A DNA stretch of 64,000 nucleotides, from positions 32,001-96,000 of IMG/VR virus record IMGVR_UViG_2687453683_000002. One strand, given 5' to 3'. Shown here piece after piece: positions 1 to 9,306 of this stretch; position 1 is the stretch's first letter, and each line of letters begins with the position of its first letter. A program made the translations under genes and the position numbers. The notes beneath the pieces are model-generated. The model was not told where the DNA came from and made no database searches. It saw only the letters and a list, made by a program, of their open reading frames with translations. Origin of the DNA: a virus. Taxonomy: Duplodnaviria > Caudoviricetes.

Positions 1-3000
1 GTATCCAGAATAACCTCTTCACGGATTGGTAAAGTGATATCCACAATACCTGTCATTTTGTTCGTAGATGTGACTCCCATGATACTAAGGAGGTCTCTAG
101 CCCCGCCCTTCGCTACGTCGATTTCGGATTCGAGGTCGCTGTGAACACGAATCTTAGCAAGGATTTTAGAAGGGATTTCGCTTTGTGCAGGGTACATGAC
201 TTTGATTTTACTGTTCAGGTCTGTGCGACTTGGGACAATAAAGCTACCCGCTAGGTCATCGTGCCACAAAATGAACATGCTAGAATCAATACCGGACTGT
301 GCTTCTCTACGGACGGAGATTCTACCGTTCAGGTTTCTTACAATCCAAACATTGACCTTACCTGTCAGTTCTTCTTTTTCGGTTCTCTTTACCGTAATCT
401 TAGATTCTATGGACTTTTCAAAGAACTGGCGTACTGTAATACTTCCGTCAATCGTGTCGTATTGGACAACTTCGATGGCAGAGTCAACGTCACTTGCCAT
501 ACGCACCCTAACGGTAAACTCACCGTCAATATCGACGTTCCCGTAGGCAGGGACTTCAATCCTGCTAAACAGGTATCCAGAGTTTACTTGAATGCTGGAC
601 GGCAACATACTTGCCCCTACAATGTCCATCTCACCCAAGATGTCTTTTCTGAACGGTACGATGATTTTGGATTTAAGTTCTTTAATAACGGTACGTCTGA
701 CTGTGATACTTCCTGTGATATCGCTGTGGATAATCGGGAAGATTAACCCTTTCAAGTCAGGTCTGGATACTGCCGCCTGTCCTGTTAGTTCACTTCTGTC
801 AGCCCGTCTTGCTGTAACTGTGCCATCCAAATCACTGCGGAATCTGACGTAAACTGAAGAGTTAAGGTCAGGTCTGGATACCGTCAGGCTAGATTCCTTT
901 GTGCTGTCGTTCGTGTGCCTTACAGAGATGCTACCCTTGTAGTCGATGTAAGGGTTGACCTCAATCGTGCCGAGTAACTGGTACTGGTTGGCAACGATGC
1001 TTGAAACAATGTCAGTGTCTTCGCCGCCCCTTGCAATCATCACAGAGTCTAGGTCACTACGATTCAGGACTTCAATCGTACCAAGTTTATTACGCTCACT
1101 TACAATGAACTGCGCTGTCAGGTCTTCGTCCACTGTACGCACTACCTTGATTGTACCAACTTTGTCGATGTACGGTCTTACGTAGACGGTGGCAGGACGC
1201 TCTTTAACGGTTACAATTGCCCACCCGTAAAGGTTGTCGTCACCCCATACTCGAACACCTAGCTTCGACGGAGTGTCTTTTCTGTTGGCTACGTAAAGAG
1301 TCTGTTTCAGGTTTGGTCTGGATACCGTAATACTACAGTTCTCAAGGTCGTTCAGTTCTGCTTCTCGTACCGCCACTTTGGAAGTAAGGTCGCTCCAAGT
1401 CCCTCCTCTGACGATACCTTTACCTTGCAGGTTTGGTCTGGAAATCATCAAACGGGAAGGAAGGTTCTCGAACCGATTGCCTGAAGGTGTGACCGTTATT
1501 TTCGAGGACATGTCGTTCTTATCGGATTTCTTGAACACATTAATTTTGGACGACCAATCCTTTGTACGTGGGTACATTACCAAGATGCTTGTATCAATTC
1601 CAGAACGTCCAGTGCTTCGGATTACTTCATCAAAGTAAGTGTATTCGATGGACGGTGCTAAAGATACACCTGCGTCCATTGAGAAGAACTGAGACGATTC
1701 GTCAGCTTCGTTTACCGCCCGAACGTAGAAGTCTACGATGTTTTTACCTTCAAGCTTAGCTTTCAGGATGTATTCGGTGATATCGAAGGTGATGAAACCT
1801 TTCTCAACGTCTGCTGTAAAGTCTCCTTGGCTTACTACATCGCCCGCATTGGGTTGGTTGTTCCAAGTTACTCCTAACTCTGCCCAATCACCTGTTACGG
1901 CTCTTAGTTCAAGTGGGTACGTTGGAGTACGCCCGATGGAATGCTTAAGCTTCAATGTGACTTTTTCAATCTTGTAGTCATTGGACATGCCCAAGATATT
2001 CGTGATATCAAAACCTACAAGGCTTCGGAATATCTCTGTACGAGCGGCACTGTACCCTGCGACCAACGTCTGTTCTCCGCCATAGTTCAGCTTAGGGTAC
2101 GTTTCACGAATAAATGCGTCTCGTTTCGCAGTTAGTGTGTCTGTAACTCTCGTAGGCTGTTGAATGTCTACGATTGCGGTCATCTTATTGGAAGGAGTTA
2201 CACCCAAGGTCATCGGAAGGTCAGAGACTTGCTTTACGTTCACCTCAGAGGTTACGTCACTATCCCCCGTTCCCCAAATGTCAGTTTGGCCTGTCATCGA
2301 GTTCCGTAAGCGTACACCAATTCTGCCGTCAATAGTGGACTCGCTGATACCCATTGCGAAAATACTGCCGCCAATTTCCTCTGTTCCCTGACCGAAGATA
2401 TCGACCGTGCCTTCCATTGAGTTCAACTCTCGAACGGCAATCTTAGATTTAAGGTAGCTGTCACTCATCCTCTTGATGCTTATTTTCGAGTCGAGGTCAG
2501 CTTCCCTCACACCCCATATAAACGACGTACCGTCCATGGTGTTGTTCTCAGTTACGGAAATCTTAGAAGGTAGATAGGAATGACTGGGCACGGCTAATAT
2601 ACTCTCTAGGTCACCATCCCTTACGCCCCATATAAACGATGTACCGTCCATGGTGTTATTCTCAGTTACGGAAATCTTAGAAGGTAGATAGGAATGACTA
2701 GGTACTGCTAATGTACTCTCCAGGCTAGAGCTTACGACAGGCTGTATAACCCCTGCTATCTCACTGCTACCGCTCTCACTGACTGTAAAAAAGGCACTAA
2801 ATTCATTCCGGTAAGGTACGTTAAGTGAAGACGTAACGTCGGATACCTGCTTGACGTTTATAAAACTTGCTAAGTTACTTACGGGGATTATACCTTCCCA
2901 TGTATCGCCACTCAAACCGCTACTATCCATTACATCAATAGTGATGGAATTAATAAGGGAAGTGTATTTATTCTCAGGTACAGTGTATGAAAAACTGTAA

Positions 3001-3926
3001 GGCGTTGTTTGCAGTTTGCTCCAATCCATTTCTACCACACCATTAACAGAAATCCTGTATTTGGAGTTACCATTAGCGGGGTCTGTTACTAAGCCACTTA
3101 CGTTACCTTCGTTGTCTGTTGTCGATGACACAGCAGGTGGGAGTTTCAGGAATGTAAGAACTGCCTTACCGCTAGCTAAGTTACTTCCTGTTGTTGATGT
3201 ACTGCCAAAAAGCGTAAGGTCAATGTAGTTCCGGCCACCTGCACCGCCACCTCCGCCACCGCCTGATGCGGCGTACCAGTCTCCGGGAGTAGCAGAAGCA
3301 CCGCCACCTCCACCTGCACCACCGCCGCCATCATAATCAGTCGCACCGCTGTTTCCAACCGAACCTGTACCGCCCTTGCCGTTGTAGTAGGATTCAGAAC
3401 CACCGATACCGCCAGAACCGCCACCATGAGGAAATACGCCACTTGCTCCGCCTGAACCTGCTAAACCTCTGTATGATATGCTACCGCCGACTCCGTTTGC
3501 CCCACCAGAGCCGGCATTACCTCCCGAGCCGCCAGTACCACCTGCTGCAGTTCCTCCATTGTGTCCTGCCGATCCTCCGTTACCTCCACGCCCGCCACCG
3601 CCACCTGCGGCAATTATGATGGAACTTCCTCTTTTGACATAAGTGCCGCCTGCTCCGTTAGTACCGCTACTCCCGGAACTAGAAGTACCGCCATTAGATT
3701 TACCCGAGCCGCCACTACCGCCGCTACCACCATTAGATTGACCGCCTACTGTAATAGCTAATACTTCACCTTTGGTGAGGTTTATTTCCCCTTTTACGTA
3801 GCCGCCGCTCCCGCCATTCGTACTACCTGCTCCGCTTAACTCTATTAGATAGCGTCCGCCATTAGGTACTGTCCAAGATGACGTAGAAGTGGACGTAAAA
3901 TTAAATTTATCACCGACGACTGCCAA
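1..3926 (-). CDS. Large tail-fibre/adhesin-like protein (>1300 aa, 3'-partial): glycine-rich N-terminal domain, Ig-like repeat, DNRLRE-like domain, many short S-x-I-x-V repeats
   Basis: Absent from ORF track because it runs off the window. Manual translation from TTG at 3926 (RBS GGATGTG): MAVVGDKFNFTSTSTSSWTVPNGGRYLIELSGAG...GGGGGRGG...; DAFIRETYPKLNYGGEQTLVAG...RSLVGFDI...DWAELGVTWNNQP; frame open to position 3. Confidence 0.85.
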   Translation of the reverse strand, partial: MAVVGDKFNFTSTSTSSWTVPNGGRYLIELSGAGSTNGGSGGYVKGEINLTKGEVLAITVGGQSNGGSGGSGGSGKSNGGTSSSGSSGTNGAGGTYVKRGSSIIIAAGGGGGRGGNGGSAGHNGGTAAGGTGGSGGNAGSGGANGVGGSISYRGLAGSGGASGVFPHGGGSGGIGGSESYYNGKGGTGSVGNSGATDYDGGGGAGGGGGASATPGDWYAASGGGGGGGAGGRNYIDLTLFGSTSTTGSNLASGKAVLTFLKLPPAVSSTTDNEGNVSGLVTDPANGNSKYRISVNGVVEMDWSKLQTTPYSFSYTVPENKYTSLINSITIDVMDSSGLSGDTWEGIIPVSNLASFINVKQVSDVTSSLNVPYRNEFSAFFTVSESGSSEIAGVIQPVVSSSLESTLAVPSHSYLPSKISVTENNTMDGTSFIWGVRDGDLESILAVPSHSYLPSKISVTENNTMDGTSFIWGVREADLDSKISIKRMSDSYLKSKIAVRELNSMEGTVDIFGQGTEEIGGSIFAMGISESTIDGRIGVRLRNSMTGQTDIWGTGDSDVTSEVNVKQVSDLPMTLGVTPSNKMTAIVDIQQPTRVTDTLTAKRDAFIRETYPKLNYGGEQTLVAGYSAARTEIFRSLVGFDITNILGMSNDYKIEKVTLKLKHSIGRTPTYPLELRAVTGDWAELGVTWNNQPNAGDVVSQGDFTADVEKGFITFDITEYILKAKLEGKNIVDFYVRAVNEADESSQFFSMDAGVSLAPSIEYTYFDEVIRSTGRSGIDTSILVMYPRTKDWSSKINVFKKSDKNDMSSKITVTPSGNRFENLPSRLMISRPNLQGKGIVRGGTWSDLTSKVAVREAELNDLENCSITVSRPNLKQTLYVANRKDTPSKLGVRVWGDDNLYGWAIVTVKERPATVYVRPYIDKVGTIKVVRTVDEDLTAQFIVSERNKLGTIEVLNRSDLDSVMIARGGEDTDIVSSIVANQYQLLGTIEVNPYIDYKGSISVRHTNDSTKESSLTVSRPDLNSSVYVRFRSDLDGTVTARRADRSELTGQAAVSRPDLKGLIFPIIHSDITGSITVRRTVIKELKSKIIVPFRKDILGEMDIVGASMLPSSIQVNSGYLFSRIEVPAYGNVDIDGEFTVRVRMASDVDSAIEVVQYDTIDGSITVRQFFEKSIESKITVKRTEKEELTGKVNVWIVRNLNGRISVRREAQSGIDSSMFILWHDDLAGSFIVPSRTDLNSKIKVMYPAQSEIPSKILAKIRVHSDLESEIDVAKGGARDLLSIMGVTSTNKMTGIVDITLPIREEVILD
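2512..2724. repeat. 114-bp (38-codon) in-frame tandem duplication
   Basis: CCCCATATAAACGA at 2512 and 2626; two near-identical copies of LAVPSHSYLPSKISVTENNTMDGTSFIWGVR. Confidence 0.9.
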
Positions 3927-3943
3927 ATTTTATCACATCCGTT

Positions 3944-3982
3944 CCCATTGTATTGAGAAGTTACCTGCCCATTGTATTGAGA
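3944..3982. repeat. 15-bp direct repeat CCCATTGTATTGAGA x2 in leader of the 3926 gene
   Basis: Copies at 3944-3958 and 3968-3982; 11-bp core also at 12011-12021. Confidence 0.8.
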
Positions 3983-3987
3983 CATAG

Positions 3988-4023
3988 AAAAGCCCTTACC
4001 ACCAATATAAGATAGTAAGGGCT
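3988..4023 (-). terminator. Intrinsic terminator after RCC1 gene
   Basis: Minus strand AGCCCTTACTATC-TTATATT-GGTGGTAAGGGCT followed by TTT. Confidence 0.7.
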
Positions 4024-4032
4024 ATTCCTAGC
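4003..4032 (-). promoter_or_regulatory. Putative phage-type late promoter (GCTAG-N16-CTTATATTG)
   Basis: Matches motif recurring upstream of multiple tail genes. Confidence 0.6.
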
Positions 4033-6346
4033 TTTTTCTTGGGTCAGCTTTGACTAGGATATCGAACATACCGCCCCACATCGCCTGTCGATTAGTCGCT
4101 ATGCGAACATAGAAACTAATCTTTGCATTGTGGTCTAATTGCTCTACGTAGACAAGCTGAGGACGTGGCTCGAAGGGAGCATCTAGCTTACTCACTTCGG
4201 CCTTGGCATTGATTCCATCGAGTTCTCTTTGGTCAACCCACAGCCTGACATTCTCTACAGGGTAGCCTAGAGTGTTCTTTACGAATACCCTCTCTGCCGC
4301 TGTCGTCTGCCCCGCCACCATAGTCCCGAAGTCAAGGTACTTTAGCACATCTCCGAAGTCGTCTGAATAGAACGACTCTGCCGCATCGCAGAACAACAGC
4401 CCTGAATACACACCCATGAAGATCATATCCCTCGAATTCGAGCCGCCCAATTCATCCAACGTTTCAATGCGGACAGTGTTGTTCTTGCCCTTATTTACTT
4501 TCGTTTTCGGGATGACGTACTGGATTGTCAATGGTACAGGATTGTAGCCCGTGTATCCATTCTCAGGGTAAAGCTGTGCTCCGTTCAGGAGGATTCGATA
4601 CTGCACCTTATCTGAGTCGGGATCTGTGACCTGAGCGTTGATAAAGTTACCAAGAACTGTGCCTGTGATTGTAGGTGCAGTGTTTGTCTTGATGATTATC
4701 TGCGTCCACGTGGTTAGTGAGCCTAAGTCGTCCTGCACTTCAATCTTGAGAGTGTTCGCCCCCACGTTGAAGTCTGCGTTGTTGATTACTAGCCCAATGT
4801 CAACAGGTGGAGGGGTTAGTTCTGTGAATCCTGTAATCGGATACTTCTGTATGTTATTCAGTAGCACACGGTACTGTACTCTATCCCCTTCAGGGTCGGA
4901 TACTGTACCGCCAATCATGACGTTATCTTTGTGAATCTGAGCCGCAGATAATTCAGGAGAAGCTACAGGGGCAACATTAGTCTTCGTTGTAGTCCAAGCA
5001 ATGGAGTCTGTAAGCCCTTGTGAGTCCTGCACCTCTAACATTACCATGTTACTTCCGAGATTAAAGTACGTATGCGATAAATCCTTAGTAAGAATGAAGT
5101 CCGTCAACTGCGAAGAAGTCCATCCAGATGAAGGGAATCTCTGTGTACCGTTAACCAAAACCCGATACGACACCAGGTCATTGGCTATATGTCCGATGGT
5201 AGTAACAAGCTGACAGTCTTCCTTATGAAATGACGGTGTGATACTTGAGTCTGAGAAAGTGAATGAAACCTCACCGCCGCCCATAAGCCTACGAACGTCA
5301 CTAGCTACATTCTGCCAAGCCACTACACCTGTGCTACTGTTGTTGTTCGTAGCAGTTCCCAACATACCGTAATAGTTGTACCCTACGCCCCTTACTTTAC
5401 CATCGTTGTCCAGTACAAGAGTATAGTAGTAACCCATAGCTACTTGCCTAACGTTGGTTGTGGCAAGCCTTGGAGTGTAGTTTATACTTCCAGATACATA
5501 CCCCATCCCTAACTGCGCATAGTCATCGTTTCCGAATGTGTACAGCTTTGAATCGTTTGTTATCACGCCTGAGAAGTAGCCGCCGCAGACGACAGAGCGG
5601 CAGTTATCCATAATCTTGTGCGGAACTCCATAGAAGTTGTTTGTACCATTTCCTAGACTTCTACCTGTCTGCCCGTGGTAGTTATACCCCGTACCCCACA
5701 CAGAACCGTCAGTTTTCAGGAATAGCGAGTGGTATATGCCGCCATCTGCCTGTCGAACGTCATCCATTACAAATGTGAACGAAAGCTTATTGCTTGAGTT
5801 ATTAATCCCCAAACCACCGTACCCATTGTACCCTGTTGCGTATAGCTTATTTTGTTGGTTTATGATAAACGAGTGGGTGTATCCTGCCCCTACCCTCCGA
5901 ATACCCGTTGCGACCTTCTGAGGGGTGTATGTGTCTGAAGTACCACCATTGCCTAACTCCCCGTGAGCGTTGTACCCGAATGTGTGTACATCACCGTTGT
6001 TCTTTAGGGCAACGGTGTGCAGGTAGCCACAAGCGACTTCTTTAACATCTGACATGACCTTTACAGGCGTATAATTAGAGTTATTGTTCCTCCAACCTCT
6101 GGCATCCCCTAACTGCCCATAGTAACCGTATCCGAACGTATACAAGTCGCCGTTCATTAGAAGTACTGCTGTATGGTAGTACCCTTCAGCGACCATCTTC
6201 ACGTTGGACAGTGAAGTTAATCTTGTCTGCGTAGGGTAGACGGAAGAACTACTGAATCCTAGCTGACCGTGGCTGTTATACCCGAAGGTATAAACATCAC
6301 CGTTGTTCTTGATATACGATGAATGGAAAGCCGACTGTGTACTCAT
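4028..6346 (-). CDS. Putative receptor-binding protein: 7-bladed RCC1/BLIP-II propeller + Ig-like repeats + conserved C-terminal domain
   Basis: Seven G(Y/N)xxxG(Q/E)LG-type RCC1 repeats; repeats of DPxGDxVxYRVLxNG; C-terminus shared with the two upstream genes. Confidence 0.85.
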   Translation of the reverse strand: MSTQSAFHSSYIKNNGDVYTFGYNSHGQLGFSSSSVYPTQTRLTSLSNVKMVAEGYYHTAVLLMNGDLYTFGYGYYGQLGDARGWRNNNSNYTPVKVMSDVKEVACGYLHTVALKNNGDVHTFGYNAHGELGNGGTSDTYTPQKVATGIRRVGAGYTHSFIINQQNKLYATGYNGYGGLGINNSSNKLSFTFVMDDVRQADGGIYHSLFLKTDGSVWGTGYNYHGQTGRSLGNGTNNFYGVPHKIMDNCRSVVCGGYFSGVITNDSKLYTFGNDDYAQLGMGYVSGSINYTPRLATTNVRQVAMGYYYTLVLDNDGKVRGVGYNYYGMLGTATNNNSSTGVVAWQNVASDVRRLMGGGEVSFTFSDSSITPSFHKEDCQLVTTIGHIANDLVSYRVLVNGTQRFPSSGWTSSQLTDFILTKDLSHTYFNLGSNMVMLEVQDSQGLTDSIAWTTTKTNVAPVASPELSAAQIHKDNVMIGGTVSDPEGDRVQYRVLLNNIQKYPITGFTELTPPPVDIGLVINNADFNVGANTLKIEVQDDLGSLTTWTQIIIKTNTAPTITGTVLGNFINAQVTDPDSDKVQYRILLNGAQLYPENGYTGYNPVPLTIQYVIPKTKVNKGKNNTVRIETLDELGGSNSRDMIFMGVYSGLLFCDAAESFYSDDFGDVLKYLDFGTMVAGQTTAAERVFVKNTLGYPVENVRLWVDQRELDGINAKAEVSKLDAPFEPRPQLVYVEQLDHNAKISFYVRIATNRQAMWGGMFDILVKADPRKS

Positions 6347-6370
6347 TATTTAACCTCCCATGACTTCCTA

Positions 6371-9289
6371 TTAAGCAGGGTCTCCTACGACTCTGACATC
6401 GAAGAAGCCGCCGCCAATGGCTTTTCTTGAAGTGCTTATTCTTACGTAAAACGTAGCTTGTTCACTGTGCTCAAGAGAACCTAATTCCAGCATATGCGTT
6501 GGTGTGAACGGTTTGTCTGTCAGGCTCAACTGCACTTCTTCGTCTACGGGGTCTAAGTCCTTCTGTGCCGTGGTCAGTATAATATTCTTGACCTTGTACC
6601 CTACCGTATTCTTTAGGAATATCTTGAAAGTACCTGAGGTGTTACCCGCCACGACAGTACCGACTTCAAGATAACGAAGAACCTCTCCGATATCGGTAGA
6701 GTAGAATTGGTTACTCTCAGAGACAAACATCAGCCCTGCGTATTCAATCAAAGGATTAGTCACCCAACTAGACGTGACTCCCATGTCGTCTTCCATGACA
6801 ATCTTTACCTCATGCACGTTACCCAAAATAATTGATTCTTTTGGCAGTCTATACTGGACATTGATTGGTGTTGGGAGGTATTGAGTCATTGTCCCAAGTG
6901 TAGGAGGGTGCACTTGATTCCCGTTCACTAGAATCTTGTACCTTACAGCATCTCCGTCACGGTCAGTAATATTGGCATATAACATCTGCCCCCTGACCGA
7001 TGCTTCTTCAGCTTTGGCTTCTGCGTTGAACTTCTTGATCGTAAAGGATTTTGTCACAGTAGAGCCAAACTCATCCACGACATTGACCGTTACTGAGTTG
7101 TCTCCAATAGAGAGTCTGCTGTTCCTAATGGTGTGGACATAAGTGTAAGGAGTCTTGAGGTTTTCTGTGAACCCTGACTCTGGATATTCAGCCGCCCCGT
7201 TTATCAAAATCCGGAACTTTGTCATATCCCTCTCAGCGTCAAACACAGCAACCTCCAGGGTCACATTTTCCTTGTGGCAAGTCAGAGTCGAAGCCGTCAG
7301 GTTAAGGTTAGTATCTGTGTTTACCTTGGCGATGTTTAATACAAAAACAGAAATGCTCCCGCTAGAATCAAGTGCTTCTACGGTCACGGTGTTGATTCCG
7401 ATTTCTAAATCTTTGTTCATTAGTAGATGATTTACTGCGATTGGAGAAGGCAGTGTAGTTACCGATACCTTTTCCACACCATTCACGAAGACTTTATAAG
7501 ACATTGGCTTATTGTCGATATGGGATATACTACCTGTAAGAGTATAGTCTTGCCTAGCCACAGTAGCAGGAGTTACCTTCATGTCGTTGAAATATGGCTT
7601 CCTGTTTCCAATTTTCAGTTGGGTCAGAGCGTACTGGTAGCCGTTAGCCGTTACAAACGTTTCCCCGTCATAGTTATAACTTGAAGCGTTGAAGTAGCTG
7701 TTAACGTTATTTGCAATCGGGTAGGCATTAGCTAAATGCCCATCTCTAACACCAAATGCTCCTACGTGCGCCCCTGTTGAGGTAGGAAGAAACACATAGT
7801 CATCTGTCACCGCAAAGCTACCTAGATTGTTTGGGTAATACCAAGGAATATCTGTAACGAACTCAGGTACAACATTGTTCATATCGAGTTTAATCCTGTA
7901 CAGCTTGGCGATACTCCCCGCAGATTGGTAGTTAGCTAATACGTATGCGTACCCGTCATTTGTCTGCTTATTGAAGGCAAACTTTACGCCCGCCCAACTA
8001 TTTAACGTATCGCCACTAGCTACCTTATTAGCGATGGTATACGACTTAACAAGGGAAACACTCCAAGACATGCCGCTCTTATTGATTAGGTACTTGTGCA
8101 TCGTGAACGGGTCTTCATTATGGACGGCGTAGATGTGTCCATTAAAGGGATTGTAATCAAAGCAGTCAGGGTGAGATGTGGTTTGTTGCCACCCCGTTAC
8201 TTGGTAAGACCTTACGCTCTGAACAGCGCCACGGATGTTGGTAGCCCTAGTCATATGCCAGATATCATTACCGCCGTGACCCGTATCCCCGATCACGTCC
8301 AGCGTATTGTCAATCTGAACCAATTGCATATTGTACGTATACCAAGCAGGGATACTCCCCACACTTTTTATAGAGCTGTCAAACCCCTTGCTTAGAACGT
8401 CTCCGTAGAACTCCACTTGCTGAATCGTTTGGTCTTTACTTGCCCCCTTCCTAACAAGGGTTACACTCTTTCCATACCAATTACCATTTAACGTAGTGTA
8501 AGTCCCTGTAATAGTGATGTTGTCCGCTACCCTGAGGTTATCTATATATATGGAAGTATTATACATAGGGAAGTTTACGTGAGACCTGAACTTCAGTTGA
8601 GTAAACCTAATTGGCGTGTCCCACTGGAACATGAAACCTGCGTACAGGTCTCCGTTGTCGTCAAACGGGTAAGAGGTACTTCCAGTCATTAAAGCGGTAG
8701 GATTCCACCCACTGTACCCACTGGCAAATGCATAGTCGTACTGAGGGGCAACATTCTCAATAGAATCCGTGTACCATTGCCCGATAATTCCATTACCTGC
8801 GGGCAGTCCTTCTGGCGTGGTCATTGCTAACGAGACTTCTGCCGCAGATAACTTTCTGTTCCAAATACGAAAATTGCGTATATAGCCATTAAACAAGTAA
8901 CCACCACTTGCCCCAAAGCCACCAATCCAAGCAACATTAGTGACTGAACGGTTAGCGTTGGATGCGTTTCGGTTGGATATGACTTGCTTCACTCCGTCGA
9001 TGTATAGTTCCACGTTCGTTGGGTCGGGTACTCCATTGTAGAATACTCCCGCTACGTGTACCCATCTGTTGGCCAGGGAAGCGCTAGGGATTCCCAATAC
9101 ATCGCTGTTGTTTGTGTTAAATCCAAAACCGCCACCAGAAAAATAGAGGTCATAGTTACTCCAGCCAAACGGCATAACGCCTTCTACTCCACGCCAGTAC
9201 ATCCAAAATTCAACTGTGTTTTGCGCCCCCGCCGCCAGGTTAACCCCTGTCGCATCAATCTGGACACGTTGACCTTTTAGATTAGCCAT
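6371..9289 (-). CDS. Putative receptor-binding protein: LamG/concanavalin-like domain, beta-rich middle, Ig-like repeats, conserved C-terminal domain
   Basis: TVEFWMY...WVHVAGVF...LYIDG...FNGYIRNFRIWNRKLSAAEV (LamG-like); C-terminus YAGLMF...FYSTDIGEVLRYLEVG...FYVRI. Confidence 0.85.
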   Translation of the reverse strand: MANLKGQRVQIDATGVNLAAGAQNTVEFWMYWRGVEGVMPFGWSNYDLYFSGGGFGFNTNNSDVLGIPSASLANRWVHVAGVFYNGVPDPTNVELYIDGVKQVISNRNASNANRSVTNVAWIGGFGASGGYLFNGYIRNFRIWNRKLSAAEVSLAMTTPEGLPAGNGIIGQWYTDSIENVAPQYDYAFASGYSGWNPTALMTGSTSYPFDDNGDLYAGFMFQWDTPIRFTQLKFRSHVNFPMYNTSIYIDNLRVADNITITGTYTTLNGNWYGKSVTLVRKGASKDQTIQQVEFYGDVLSKGFDSSIKSVGSIPAWYTYNMQLVQIDNTLDVIGDTGHGGNDIWHMTRATNIRGAVQSVRSYQVTGWQQTTSHPDCFDYNPFNGHIYAVHNEDPFTMHKYLINKSGMSWSVSLVKSYTIANKVASGDTLNSWAGVKFAFNKQTNDGYAYVLANYQSAGSIAKLYRIKLDMNNVVPEFVTDIPWYYPNNLGSFAVTDDYVFLPTSTGAHVGAFGVRDGHLANAYPIANNVNSYFNASSYNYDGETFVTANGYQYALTQLKIGNRKPYFNDMKVTPATVARQDYTLTGSISHIDNKPMSYKVFVNGVEKVSVTTLPSPIAVNHLLMNKDLEIGINTVTVEALDSSGSISVFVLNIAKVNTDTNLNLTASTLTCHKENVTLEVAVFDAERDMTKFRILINGAAEYPESGFTENLKTPYTYVHTIRNSRLSIGDNSVTVNVVDEFGSTVTKSFTIKKFNAEAKAEEASVRGQMLYANITDRDGDAVRYKILVNGNQVHPPTLGTMTQYLPTPINVQYRLPKESIILGNVHEVKIVMEDDMGVTSSWVTNPLIEYAGLMFVSESNQFYSTDIGEVLRYLEVGTVVAGNTSGTFKIFLKNTVGYKVKNIILTTAQKDLDPVDEEVQLSLTDKPFTPTHMLELGSLEHSEQATFYVRISTSRKAIGGGFFDVRVVGDPA

Positions 9290-9306
9290 TATATTGACCT
9301 CTCTTC

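Noticed and set aside
4028-6346. Diversity-generating retroelement target (Tyr/Asn-rich RCC1 loops)
   Set aside because: No reverse transcriptase or template-repeat copy seen in the window
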